DNA of 64,000 bases from Mobula birostris. Its lineage: Eukaryota. Below, piece after piece: positions 47,301 to 61,100 of this stretch; position 1 is the stretch's first letter, and the number at the start of each line of letters is the position of its first letter. The notes under the pieces were generated by a model that was not told the origin of the DNA, made no database searches, and saw only the letters and a program-made list of their open reading frames with translations. The stretch covers positions 13,031,027-13,095,026 of the forward strand of contig NC_092384.1 of the NCBI RefSeq assembly GCF_030028105.1, in the 5' to 3' direction. Position numbers and translations under genes: made by a program.

Positions 47301-49370
47301 AAAATCTACCATTAGAATCTGACTCAATATCTTCCTGAGTATTGGATTTAATAAAGATGGACATGCCTTTAGTTTTACTCTGAGAAGTGGAGTGAAACTG
47401 CAAACTCCTCCACCATCTAAAAACTCTATTTTGATCTCCCGCCCTGATATGTGTTTCTTGAGCAGAAATTATATCAGGTTGGAATCGATTAATAATTTTA
47501 AACGTCTTTTTTCGTTTGATAGGATGATTCCAACCGCGTACATTCCAACTTACTACATGAATCCGTTTAAATACCATACTATAATTTTATTCTACTTTAC
47601 ACATGCGCAGAGCACATACCAATACGGGATGATCAAAAATGGCGGCGATGAAGAATGCAACTACATAGAGAACACGCATGCTCCGGAACCACAATGGGGA
47701 AAAAACTCCTAACTGTAACCCCACCCTCCTCCCCCCAAAGCCCAGAAAAACTTATGATAGAATACGAAGCCATGGACCGCTCTGTCTGTACAGGAAAAGA
47801 ATAAAAGGATTTTCTCTCCCTCCCCCAGTTAAAAAAAAAACAACTGACCTTGTAAGAAAAACAATAAAGTCTCAACAAGGGAAAGTATTTACATTCCAGC
47901 ATCTATTAAACAAGAAGGAACCAAAATAATGTTATCTCTTAAAAAGAAAAAAACGGTGCCATTTTTAATTTAACATTAAATCCATAAAAACATCTTTAAA
48001 TTCGTTTATAAGACGCTATAATAATGCAGAAAAAAATTGATAGCATATTTAACCTAACTAAATTTCCAAAAATGCCAATTAATAATATTATAAGTAATTG
48101 AACCCTCCCCTAAATATATAAATAGAAAGAAGCTCCATTAGTAGGAAAAACTAACAATTAGTTAATTAAGAAAGAAACATAAAAGAACATCAGAGCAGAT
48201 ATTCAGTTAAAGAAACAAGTCCCTTTATCTTCTTTTCTCAGTCGAATGTACGTGTGACCATTTAAACAGTCAAACTTGAACCATAGATCTTCTTTCCAAG
48301 AAAATCCAATAATATGCAATAATGAACAAATCTCCTTATTTTCTTGTGTTAGTCTCTCAATGGAATATCCAAGTAATCTTCATAAATCTTCTTTCCGAAA
48401 TGCCAATAATATACAGATAACCAAATAACCTTTCAGATAGTTCATTCGGTAGCGGCGGCAGGTATAATTTGAATGAACTCCAGTGCGGCTTTTGGATCAA
48501 AAAATGTACGAGGAGGAGAGTTAGGAGGAAAAACTTTAATTCTTGTCGGGTAACGCAAAGAAGGAAACAGTTTCTTATCATATGCGGGTTTCATTACCAG
48601 AGCAAATCTTGATCTTTTTTCCATTATCTCCTTCAGATAATCCTCATAAAAACAGATCCAGATTCCTTAAATCTAAAAACTCTCTGTTTTCTTTCCTGTC
48701 GATCTTTAATCTTAAAGTGATAAAAACAAACCAAAACAGATCTTGGTTTATTTGGATCTTTAAATTTAGAAGTAAAAGCTCTGTGTGTTCTTTCTACAGT
48801 AGGCGGCTGTGATAATATGGTAGGAAATAAAGTATGAAAAACTTTCCAAAGTAAACAGTTAAATCTCCATTTTCAGCTCCTTCTTGCAACCCAACGATTC
48901 GTATATTCCTTCGGTGAGACCTAGTTTCCAGGTCTATAATCTTATTTTAATATCTTTCTAAACGAGTTGTAGCTTCGAACAATTTTTGCTTAGTTATCTT
49001 CAGTTCCTCTTCGTGTGTAATAACTTGAGTTTCCAAGTCTTTAAGTTTTCCCAGAAATGACTTCATTTCATTGCTATTCTTTTCCAGTTGGTCTTTAATT
49101 GACCCATTCTGATCTTTAATTGAATTCAGTGCCCGAACGATATCTTCAGCCCATGGTGGCGTTTCATCAGATCTTTCCTTTCCCATTACCTTTGTCATTA
49201 TGCTCAGACAAGTTCTTCCCACTCCTCGTAGACATAGACAAATTGTCCCCACTCAAGAATTAGCAAATAAGAAAATTAAAATTCGAAGTTTAAACCAGGG
49301 GGAGAGAAACAAAACTAAGAGCAGCACAAAATTGCTGCTACTCCATTTTCAGACAGGCACGGTCTCTGGC
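44341..49370 (-). mobile_element. L1-clade LINE: 5' UTR, ORF1, long inter-ORF spacer, ORF2 (APE and RT), 3'-truncated
   Basis: ORF1 (48442-49252): coiled coil, DLETRSHRRNIRIVGLQEG, LRYPTRIKVF. ORF2: VSWNVRG, QETH, VNLYGP, NDQTGFIKGR, LDAVKTFDRVEWKYL, SLYADDLL, LTLPNLRMYYWA, WEKEL. Multiple frameshifts. Confidence 0.93.
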
Positions 49371-50379
49371 GAACATCTATCACCGGTTTATTCCGCGAAC
49401 TGCTGAACATATGCTGTCCTTGTGTAGTGTTCTTAAAGATAATGCTCCTAATTAAGTGTTTGACCTCACCAGGGCATTTGATGACACCAAAGGAGATTTT
49501 TCCAGCGCCACTCTACTGGCGCACCGCTCTCCAACACGCCCATAGCTATTAGTGTCGCTTGCCGACCTCTCACAGCGCTCCACCCTCCTCAGTATATTCA
49601 GATCTTTTCAACTATTCTTATTCCTATCTCCCATCATAGCGTACAGCACCCTTGGATTGCTGTTGACTTAAATCTTGCATCATTTGTTTCCGTCCACCAT
49701 GATGCACACCATCACAGACTTACATGTTTTGTAACGGAAAGAATAGACTTTTATCATAGATAAGAATGTAAACTTGAACGTATTTCGGCAGAGCGCCTTA
49801 AACCGGCCGATTAAGATTTAGAGGATTTCGCTACCGTGCCGCCCCAGCGTCACGACATGACCATGAATATGTCAACACACCTCTGGACGAGCCAGATGCA
49901 TCTGTTGTTATTCCATCCATAGAACATAGGATCCAAAACAGGCTCACAATGCCGCTTTTCGTGAATTTTCTGGTAGGGTGGGGAGAAGGGTGGCTGCATA
50001 GGGTTTCGTAGTTGGTGGAAATTAACATAATTCATAATCACCGACGTTGAGTTGGATTTTCACTTTAAGAGGCTGGTCTAATGCAATTACATAAATGCTC
50101 TTTACGGGGCTTTGTGTTCAGTTTATATGGAGGGCAATAAATGAGTTCTATGGTTTTTCTTCAACATAAAAGGTCTCATGTTGTTTTATTTGAGAAAATC
50201 TACAATTCAACCTCATTGACGAACAGGCCAAGCACAACTTGAGAGAACGGAGGCGTTTGACGTCATAACCAACTGGTATGCGGACACTGCCTCCTGCTCC
50301 AAAGCCAGATGCATAGTACCGATCTGTGTGGATCGAAAGAAATTTAATAATGCAGACAGGCAGGGAAAGTCTATTCAGC

Positions 50380-51667
50380 CCTCAGTTTAGTAAAGGTTAG
50401 GTATGCTAGTGAGGGAGCTGAGACAAACTTAGCATTAGCCAGGAAAGAATTTATGCAGGCGCAGGAGCGAGACGAGGGGCTGATGGTTTTGGTGGAGGAG
50501 GAAGTGCTAAGGAAGAAAGGGAAACCAAGTACCGTACCCGCAGATGAGGAATGGGGGGTGGTGCAAAAGAGTTATGGGGATGAGGTTTTTAACCTGGCCC
50601 ACAAGGTACCCCCCCCCCCAGTGGACATTTTGCGGTGCTGGAGGAAACAGTTGGTGGAATCATGAAAGAGGTTTACCGGCTGCCCAGGGGGAAGGATGTT
50701 ATTGATTATGACCGACGCGAACTGAGACGGTCACGGGCTTTTGATATGCTAACAAACCTAGTCGGTGTTAGCGCGGAAATCAATGAAGCTAGGGTCCCCC
50801 CGATAAGAGAAAAAAACCATTTTGAAAAGATGAGTATGGTATCGACCAGATGGGAGAAGGCTATTGTTGTGGCCAGGTCTGCTGATAAGGTCCCCGAACA
50901 AAGCGACTCTTTAGGAGAAGTAATTAAACGACTCGCACCCGTGTTTTTGATTGTCCCGAGGCGATGCAAAGAACTGGGACGTTGGGTGGTGTTTGTTACA
51001 ATAGGGCAGCCTAGCGAGCAACAATCATATAGAATGAGTAATTCAGTGACTAAAGGGCTGACGAACACAGAGGTGTGTATTGGCGATGTAATACGGCTGT
51101 CTGAAGCCAGCTTGATAGTGAACCTTGAAAAAAATGAGTTCGGCCACACGAAGGTCACTTATCTGGGAATTGTGGTGACACAGGGGCAGCTGGCAGCGAT
51201 GCAAGCTAAAGTGCGGGCTATCTCTGACATCCCAACCCCGACAGACAAGAGGGCCCTCAGAAGGCTCTTGGAGATGGTGGGGTACTGTAGGAAGTTTTGC
51301 AATAACTCTGCGGTCACTACCCCTCCCCCTTCTACTAAGCCCTTGCGAGAGAAAACTAAGTCGGAATGGGACGACCCTTGTTATTGTGGTCCGGGACGAC
51401 ACCCAATGAGAGGTTACATTGATCGCAATTCATCAGTGTTTCTGGCCACTATGAAGTTTGCTAAATTGGAGCCTGGTCTAAGGGATTATTAATAACACAT
51501 ATAAAAGGGACAGAAAATGTGATTGCTGACTGTCTGTCAAGGTGTTGACAACTTCAAACTCACTGTATTAGCCAAATAGCTGATAAAGATGTATATTTGT
51601 GTGTACCAAATAATGTATTCATGTTTGTAATTTTTACCCCCCGGTAAAAATCCTTAAAGGGGGGAAG
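50380..51667 (+). mobile_element. Heavily deleted Gmr1-like Gypsy internal region (integrase, RT, RNase H end) with PPT
   Basis: Integrase zinc-finger-like ...LNLAHK..., RT LIVNLEK.EFGH.KVTYLG.VV.QG..LRRLL.MVGYCRKF, RNase H end ITHIKGTENVIADCLSRC, and PPT AAAGGGGGGAAG (51656-51667). Confidence 0.82.
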
Positions 51668-52150
51668 TGTGACAAGAATACACGTAGATTAAGATGTAGC
51701 TGTCCTGTGCTGGCACCAGTGGAATCAGCAGTTGGTCTGCACCTGTCTTCAGGAGAGAGAGAGATAAGGAAAACAATGTAACAGCATTTGGAGATGTTAA
51801 CGAAGGAAGGAGAGCTGTCAAGAGCGGCTTCCCCTTTGAACTCTGAACTGTTTGAAGTGATGGACAGGCAATACCCCAGCAGGGGGATAAAAAGGGACAG
51901 GTTTGCTAAGGCAGGACACACACGACACCCGAGGTAACAAGACTCTGGAAGCGGTGCGTCTCTCACAAGTCGGTGGGAAGTACCGGGCCACAGACGCACA
52001 GGGTGGAAAGGCACGATCGGCGGGAACCTGGTGTGTGTCCACCCTTGCCTGGGTGCTGGGTTCACCGCAGAGAAACGATCGCATCTGGAAACGGAGAGGT
52101 CACAGTCGGTGACCTCAGCTGACATCACAAAGGGCTCGCACGAAAGCACA
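51668..52150 (+). mobile_element. 3' LTR, truncated by the satellite array
   Basis: Starts TGTGACA directly after the PPT and has a GGGGGATAAAAAGGG TATA-like box. No terminal CA is seen before the satellite begins. Confidence 0.78.
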
Positions 52151-55100
52151 GCATGCCAAAGCACAGTATGCACTAAGAAATCAATTTTTTTATCTTGAAT
52201 ATCTAAGTGATATAAGAAGTGTCAAACATCTCAGAATCATCTGGGGAGTTATGTTAAGATGTTTCCATCAAGTTTGCAGTCAGTACCTTTGAGTAAAAGT
52301 GAAATGTATACTTCTTTCAATGCCAATGCACTGTAGGCAGTGAGAAATCAACTTTTTTTTATCTTGAATAGCTAAGTAATATAACAGTTCTCAGACACCT
52401 CAGAATCATGTGGGGAGATATATTAAGATGTTTCCATAAGGTTTGCACTCAGAACTTTAGAGTAAAATTGAAATATATACTTCTTTTAATGCCAAAGCAC
52501 TGTATGCACTGAAAAATCAACTTTTTTATCTTGAATGGCTAAGTGATATAACAGGTCTCAAACATCTCAGAATCATGTGAGGAGTTATGCTAAGATGTTT
52601 GCATCAGGTTTGCAGTCAGTACCTTTGAGCAAAATTGAAATGTATACTTCTTTCAATGCCAATGCACTGTATGCACTGAGATATCAAATTCTTTATCCTG
52701 AAGAGCTGTGTGATGTAACAGGTCCTGAACATCTCAGAATCATGTGGGAAGTTAAGTTAAGATGTTTCCATCAGGTTTGCAGTCAGTACTATTGAGTAAA
52801 ATTGAAATAAATGCTTCTTTTTATGCCAAAGAACTGTATCCACTGAGAAATCAACTTTTTTATCTTGAAGAGCTGAGTGATAATAACAGGTGTCAAACAT
52901 CTGGGAATCATGTGGGGAGTGACGTTAAGCTGATTCCATCTGGTTTGCATTCAGCATATGGAGTAAAATTGAAATACTTACATATTTTAATGCCAAAGCA
53001 CTGTAGGCACTGAGATATCAACTTCTTTATCTTGAAGAGCTGAGTGATGTAACAGGTCCTGAACATCTCAGAATCATGTGGGGAGTGATGTTAAGATGAT
53101 TGCATCAGGTTTGCAGTCAGTACCTTTGAATAAAATTGAAATGTATACTTCTTTCAATGCCAATGCACTGTATGCACTGAGATATCAACTTTTTTATCTT
53201 GAAGAGCTGAGTGATATAACAGCTGTCAAACATCTGAGAATCATATGGGGAGTGATGTTAAGTTGTTTCCATCAGTTTTGCGTTAAGTACTGTGGAGTAA
53301 AATTGAAATATTACGTATTTTAATGCCAAATCACTGTATGCACTGAGAAATCAACTTCTTTATCATGAATAGCTAAGTGATATGACAGGTGTCAAACATC
53401 TCAGAATCATGTGGGGAGGTATGTTAAGGTGATTGCATCAGGTTTGCCATCTGCACCTTTGAGTAAAATTGAAATGTACACTTCTTTCAATGCCAAAGCT
53501 CTGTATGCAGTTGGAAATCAACTTTTTTATCTTGAATACCTAAGTAATATAACAGCACCTAGACAACTCAGAATCATCTGGGGAGTTATATTAAGATGTT
53601 GCCATAAGGTTTGCATTCAGTACTTTAGAGTAAAATTGAAATATATACTTCTTTTAATGCCAAAGCACTGTATGCACTGAGAAATCAACTTTTTTATCTT
53701 GAATAGCTGAGTTATATAACAGCTGACAAACATCTCAGAATCATGTGGTGAGTTATGTAAGGATGTTTCCATCAGGTTTGCAGTCACTACCTTTGAGTAA
53801 AATTGAAATACTTGCACCTTTTAATGCCAAAGCACTGCATGCACTGAGATATCAACTTTTTTATCTTTAAGAGTTGAGTGATCTAACAGGTCTTAAACAA
53901 CTCAGAATCATATGGGGAGTTATATTAAGATGTTTCCATAAGGTTTGCACTCAGTACTTTAGAGTAAAATTGAAATATATACTTTTAGTGCCAAAACACT
54001 GCATTCCCTGAGAAATCAACTTTTTTGTCTGCAATAGCTGAGTGATATAGCACGTGTCAAACATCTCAGGATCATGTCAGGAGTTATATTAAAATGTTTC
54101 CATAAGATTTGCAGTCAGTACCTTTGAGTAAAATTGAAATGAATACTTCTTTCAATGCCAATGCACTGTGTGCACTGAGAAATCAACTTTGTTATCTTGA
54201 ATAGCTGAGTGATATAACAGGTGTGAAACATATCAGGATCACGTGGGGAGTTATGTTAAGGTGTTTCCATTAGGGTTGCAGTCAGTAGTTTTGAGTAAAA
54301 TGGAAATACATACACCTTTTAATGCCAAAGCACTGTATGCACTGAGATATCAACTTTTTTATCTTGGAGAGCTGTGTGATATAACAGGTCTAAAACAACT
54401 CAGAATCATATGGGGAGTGAGGTTAACGTGTTACCTTCAGTTTTGCATTCAGTACTATTGAGTAAAATTGAAATACATACTTTTAATATCAAAGCACTGT
54501 ATGCACTGAGAAATCAACTTCTTTATCTTGCATTGCTGAGTGATATAACAGGTGTCAAACACCTCAGGATCATGTGGGGAGTTATGTTAAGATGTTTCCA
54601 TAAGGTTTGCATTCAGTACTTTAGAGTAAAATTGAAATATATACTTTTAGTGCCAAAGCACTGCATGCACTGAGAAATCAACTTTTTTGTCTTCGTTACC
54701 TGAGTGATTTAACAGGTTCAAACATCGAGGAGCATGTTGGGAGTTATGTTAAGTTGTTTCCATTGGGTTTGCACTCAGTAGTTTTGAGTAAAATTGAAAT
54801 ATACACCTTTTAATGCAAAGCACAGTATGCACTGAGATATCAACTTTTTTATCTTGACGAGCTGAGTGATGTTACAGGTCTTAAAGAACTCAGAATCATA
54901 TGGGGAGTAATGTTATCATGTTACCTTCAGTTTTGCATTCAGTACTATTGAGTAAAATTGAAATACATACTTTTAATACCAAAGCACTGTATGCACTGAG
55001 AAATCAACTTCTTTATCTTGCATAGCTGAGTGATATAACAGGTGTCAAACATCTCAGGATCATGTGGGGAGTAACGTTAAGATGTTTCCATAAGGTTTGC

Positions 55101-58100
55101 AGTCAGTACCTTTGAGTAAAATTGAAATGAATACTTCTTTCAATGCCAATGCGCTGCATACACTGAGAAATCAACTTTTTTATCTTGAATAGCTGAGTGA
55201 TATAACAGGTGTCAAACATCTCAGGATCATGTGGGGAGTTATGTTAAGATGTTTCCATTAGGTTTGCAGTCAGTAGTTTTGCCTAAAATTGAAATACATA
55301 CACCTTTTAATGCCAAAGCACTGTATGCACTGAGATATCAACTTCTTTATCTTAACGAGCTGAGTAATGTAACAGGTCTTAAACAAATCAGAATCATATG
55401 GGGAGTGATGTTAACTTGTTTCCTTCAGTTTTGCATTCAGTACTATTGAGTAAAATTGAAATACATACTTCTCTTAAATACTTTTTTATCTTGAATAGCT
55501 GAGTGATATAGCAGGTGTCAAGCATCTCAGATTCATGTGGGGAAATATATTAAGGTGTTTCCATAAGGTTTTCATTCAGTACTTTAGAGTAAAATTCAAA
55601 TATATACTTTCAGTGCGAAAGCACTGCATGCACTGAGAAATCAACTTTTTGGTCTTCAATACCTGAGTGATACAACAGGTGTCAAGCATCTCAGGATCAT
55701 GTGGGGAGTTATATTAAGATTTTTCCATAAGGTTTGCAGTCATTACCTTTGAGTAAAATTGAAATGTATACTTCATTCAATGCTAAATCACTGTATGCAC
55801 TGAGAAATCAACTTCTTTATCTTGAAGAGCTGAGTGATATAACAAGTGTCAAACATCTCAGGATCACGTGGGGAACTATGTTAACAGGTTTCCATTAGGA
55901 TTGCAGTCAGTACTATTGAATACATTGAAATAAGTACACCTTTTAGTGCCAAAGCACTGTATGCAATGAGATATCAACTTTTTTATCTTGAAGTGCTGAG
56001 TGATGTAACAGGTCTTAAACAACTCAGAATAATATGGGGAGTGATATTAACATGTTTCCATCAGTTTTGTATTCAGTACTATTGAGTAAAATTGAAATAA
56101 ATACTTCTCTGAATACCAAAGCACTGTATGCACTGAAAAATCAACTTTTTCATCTTGAATAGCTGAGTGATATAACAGGTGTCAAACATCTCAGGATCAT
56201 GTGGGGTGTTATACTAAGATGTTTCCATAAGGTTTCCATTCAGTACGTTAGAGTAAAATTGAAATATATACTTTTACTGCCAATGCTCTGCATATGCTTT
56301 GAAATCAACTTTTTTGTCTTTAACAGCAGAGTGATATAACAGGTGTCAAACATCTCAGGATCATGTGGGCAGTTATATTAAGATGTTTCCATAAGGTTTG
56401 CAGTCAGTACTTTAGAGTAACATTGAAATGTATACTTCATTCATTGCTGAACAACAGTATGCTCTGAGAAACCAACTTTTTTGTTTTAAATAACTGAGTG
56501 ATATAACAGGTGTCAAACATCTCAGGATCATGTGGGGAGTTATATTAAGATGTTTCCATAAGGTTTGCAGTCAGTACCTTTGAGTAAAATTGAAAAGTAT
56601 ACTTTATTCAATGCCAAAGCACTCTAAGCACTGAGAAATCAACTTCTTTATCTTAAATACCTGAGTGATATAACAGGTGTGAAACATCTCAGGATCATGT
56701 GGGGAGTTATGCTAAGATGATTGCATAAGGTTTGCATTCAGTACTTTAGAGTAAAATTGAAATGTATACTTCATTCAAAGCTAAAGCACTGTGTGCTCTG
56801 AGAAATCAACTTTTTTGTCTTGAATACCTAAGTGATATAACAGGTGTCAGACATCTCAGGATCATGTGGGGAGTTATATTAAGATGTTTGAATAAGGTTT
56901 CCAGTCAGTACTTTAGAGTAACATTGAAATGTATACTTCATTCACTGCTAAAAAACAGTATGCTCTGAGATAATAACTTTTTTGTTTTGAATACCTGAGT
57001 GATATAACAGTTGTCAAACATCTCAGATCATGTGGGGAGTTATATTAAGATGTTTCCATAAGGTTTGCAGTCAGTACCTTTGAGTAAAATTGAAATGTAT
57101 ACTTCATTCAATGCCAGTTCACTCAATGCACTGAGAAATCAACTTTTTTATCTTACATAGCTGAGTGATATAACAGCTTTCAATCATCTCAGAATCATGT
57201 AGGGAATATGTTAAGATGTTTCCATAAGGTTTGCAGTCAGTGCCTTTGAGTAAAATTGAAATGTATACTTATTTCAATCCCAATGCACTGTATACACTGA
57301 GAAATCAACTTTTTTATCTTGCATAGCTGAGTGATATAAAAGGTGTCAAACATCTCAGAATCATGTGGGGAATCATATTAAGATGCTTCCATAAGGTTTG
57401 CAGTCAGTACCTTACAGTAAAATTGAAATGTATACTTCTTTCAATGCCAATGCACTGTATGCTCTGAGAAATCAACTTTTTTATCTTGAATAGCTGAGCG
57501 ATATAACAGGTGTCAAACATGTCAGGGTCATGTGTGGAGTTATGTTAAGAGGTTTCCATTAGGTTTGCAGTCAGTAGTTTTGAGTAAAATTGAAATGCAT
57601 ACACCTTTTAATGCCAAAGCATTGTACGCAAAGAGATATCAACTTTTTTATCTTGACGAGCTGAGTGATGTAACAGGTCTTAAACAAATCAGAATCATAT
57701 GTGGAGTGATGTTAACTTGTTTCCTTCAGTTTTGCATTCAGTACTATTGAGTAAAATTGAAACACATACTTCTCTGAATACCAAAGCACTGTATGCACTG
57801 AGAAATCAACTTTTTCATCTTGAATAGCTCAGTGATATAAAAGATGTCAAACATGTCAGGATCATGTGGGGACTTATGTTAAGATGTTTCCATTCGGTTT
57901 GCAGTAAGTAGTTTTGAGTAAAATTGAAATACATACAACTTTTAATGCCAAAGCACTGTATGCACTGAGATATCAACTTTTTTATCTTCAAGAGCTCAGC
58001 GATGTAACAGGTCTTAAACAACTCAGAATCATGGGGGGAATACGTTAAGAAGTTTCCATAAGGTTTGCAGTCAGTGCCTTTGAGTAAAATTGAAATGTAT

Positions 58101-61100
58101 ACTTATTTCAATCCCAATGCACTGTATACACTGAGAAATCAACTTTTTTATCTAGAATAGCTGGGTGATATAACAGGTGTCAAACATCTCAGGGTCATGT
58201 GGGGAGTTATGCTAAGATGTTTCCATAAGGTTTGCATTCAGTAGTTTAGAGTACAATTGAAATGTATACTTCATTCAATGCTAAAGGACTGTATGCTCTG
58301 AGAAATCAACTTTTTTGTCTTGAGTACCTGAGAGATATAACAGCTGTCAAACATCTCAGGATCATGTGGGGAGTTATATTAAGATGTTTCCATGAGGATT
58401 TCATTCACTACTTTAGAGTAAAATTGAAATGTATACTTCATTCAATGCAAGTTCACTCTATGCACTGAGAAATCAAATTTTTTATCTTGCATAGCTGAGT
58501 GATATAACAGGTGTCAATCATCTCAGAATCACGTTAAGATGTTTCCATAAGGTTTGCAGTCAGTACCTTTGAGTAAAATTGAAATGTATACTTATTTCAA
58601 TCCCAATGCACTGTATACACTGAGAAATCAATTCTTTTATCTTGAATAGCTGAGTGATATAACAGGTGTCAAACATCTCAGGGTCATGTGTGGAGTTATG
58701 TTAAGATGTTTCCATTAGGTTTGCAGTCAGTAGTTTTGAATAAAATTGAAATACATACACCTTTTAACGTCAAAGCATTGCCAATGCAATGAGATATCAA
58801 CTTTTTTATCTTGACGAGCTGAGTGATGTAACAGGTCTTAAACAAATCAGAATCATATGCGGAGTGGCTAACTTGTTTCCTTCAGTTTTGCATTCAGTAC
58901 TATTGAGTAAAATTGAAATACGTACTTCTCTGAATACCAAAGCACTGTATGCACTGAGAAATCAACTTTTTCATCTTGAATACCTGAGTGATATAACAAG
59001 TGTCAAACATCTCAGGATCATTTGGGGAGTTATGTTAAGATGTTTCCATAAGGTTTCCATTCACTACTTTAGAGTAAAATTGAAATATATACCTTTAGTG
59101 CAAGAGAACTGCATGCACTGAGAGATCAACTTTTATGTCTTGAATAGCTGACTGATATAACAGGTGTGAAACATCTCAGGATCATGTTGGGAGTTATATT
59201 AAGATGTTTCCACAAGGTTTGCATTCAGTACTTTAGAGTAAAATTGAAATATATACTTTTAGTGCCAAAGCACTGCATGCACTGAGAAATCAACTTTTTT
59301 TGTCTTCGATACCTGAGTAATATAACAGGTGTCAAACATCTCAGGATCACGTGGGGAGTTACGTTCAGATGTTTCCATAAGGTTTGCAGTCAGTACCTTT
59401 GAGTAAAATTGAAATGTATACTTCTTTCAATGCCAATGCGCTGTATACGCTGAGAAATCAACTTTTTTATCTTGAACAGCTGAGTGATATAACAGGTGTC
59501 ATACATCTCAGGATCATGTCGGGAGTTATGTTAAGATGTTTCCATTAGGTATACAGTCAGTAGTTTTCAGTAACATTGAAATACATACACCTTTTAATGC
59601 CAAAGCAATGTATGCCCTGAGATATCAACTTTATTATCTTGAAGAGCTAAGTGTTGGAACAGGTCTTAAACAACTCAGAATCATATGGGGAGTGATGTTA
59701 ATTTGTTTCCTTCAGTTTTGCATTCAGTACTATTGAGTAAAATTGAAATACATACTTCTCTGAACACCAAAGCACTGTATGCACATAGAAATCAACTTTT
59801 TTATCTTGAATAGCTGAGTGATATAACAGGTGTCAAGCAACTCAGGATCATATGGGGCGTTATTTAAGATGTTTCCATAAGATTTCCATTCAGTACTTTA
59901 GAGTAAAATTGAAATATATACTTTTACTGCCAAAACTCTGCATATACTGTGAAATCAACTATTTTGTTTTGAAGAACTAGGTGATGTTACAGGTGTCAAA
60001 CATCTCAGGATCATGTGGAGAGTTATATTAAGATGTTTCATAAGGTTTGCAGACAGTACCTTTGAGTAAACTTGAAATGTATACTTCATTCAATGCCAAT
60101 GCACTCGAAGCACCGAGAAATCAAATTATTTATCTTGAATACCTGAGTGATATAACGGGTGTCAAACATCTCAGGATCATGTGGGGAGCTATGCTAAGAT
60201 GTTTCCATAAGGTTTGCATTCAGTAGTTTGGAGTACAATTGAAATGTATACTTCATTCAATGCTAAAGCAATGCTAAAGCACTGTATGTCTGAGAAATCA
60301 ACTTTTTTGTCTTGAATACCTCAGTGATATAACAGCTGTCAAACATCTGAGGATCATGTGGGGAGTTATATTAAGATGTTTCCATAAGGTTTTCATTCAG
60401 TACTTTAGAGTAAAATTGAAGTATATACTTTTAGTGCCAAAGCACTGCATTCACTGAGAAATCAACTTTTTTGTCTTGAATACCTGAGTCATATAAATGG
60501 TGTGAAACATCTTAGAATCATGTGGGGAGTTATATTAAAATGTTTACATAAGGTTTTCGGTCAGTACCTTTGAGTAAAATTGAAATATATTCTTCATTCA
60601 ATGCTAAAGCTCTGTATGCACTGAGAAATCAACTTTTTTGTCTTGAATACCTGAGTGATATAACAAGTGTCAAACATCTCAGGATCATGTGGGGAGTTAT
60701 ATTAAAATGTTTCCATAAGGTTTGCATTCAGTACTTTAGAGTAAAGTTGAAATATATACTTTTACTGCCAATGTCCTGCATATACTTTGAAATCAACTTT
60801 TTTTGTCTTTAACAGCAGAGTGATATAACAGGTGTCAAACATCTCAGGATCATTTGGGGAGTTATGTTACGATGTTTCCATAAGGTTTCCAATCAGTACT
60901 TTAGAATAAAATTGAAATATATACCTTTAGTGCCAGAGCACTGCATGCACTGAGAGATCACCTTTTTTGTCTTGAATAGCTGACTGATATACCAGGTGTG
61001 AAACATCTCAGGATCATGTTGGGAGTTATATTAAGATGTTTCCATAAGGTTTCCATTCAGTACTTTAGAGTAAAATTGAAATATATACTTTTAGTGCCAA

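Noticed and set aside
49730-50380. Possible 5' LTR of the Gmr1-like element
   Set aside because: No similarity to the 3' LTR at 51668 and no PBS recognised; left unassigned.
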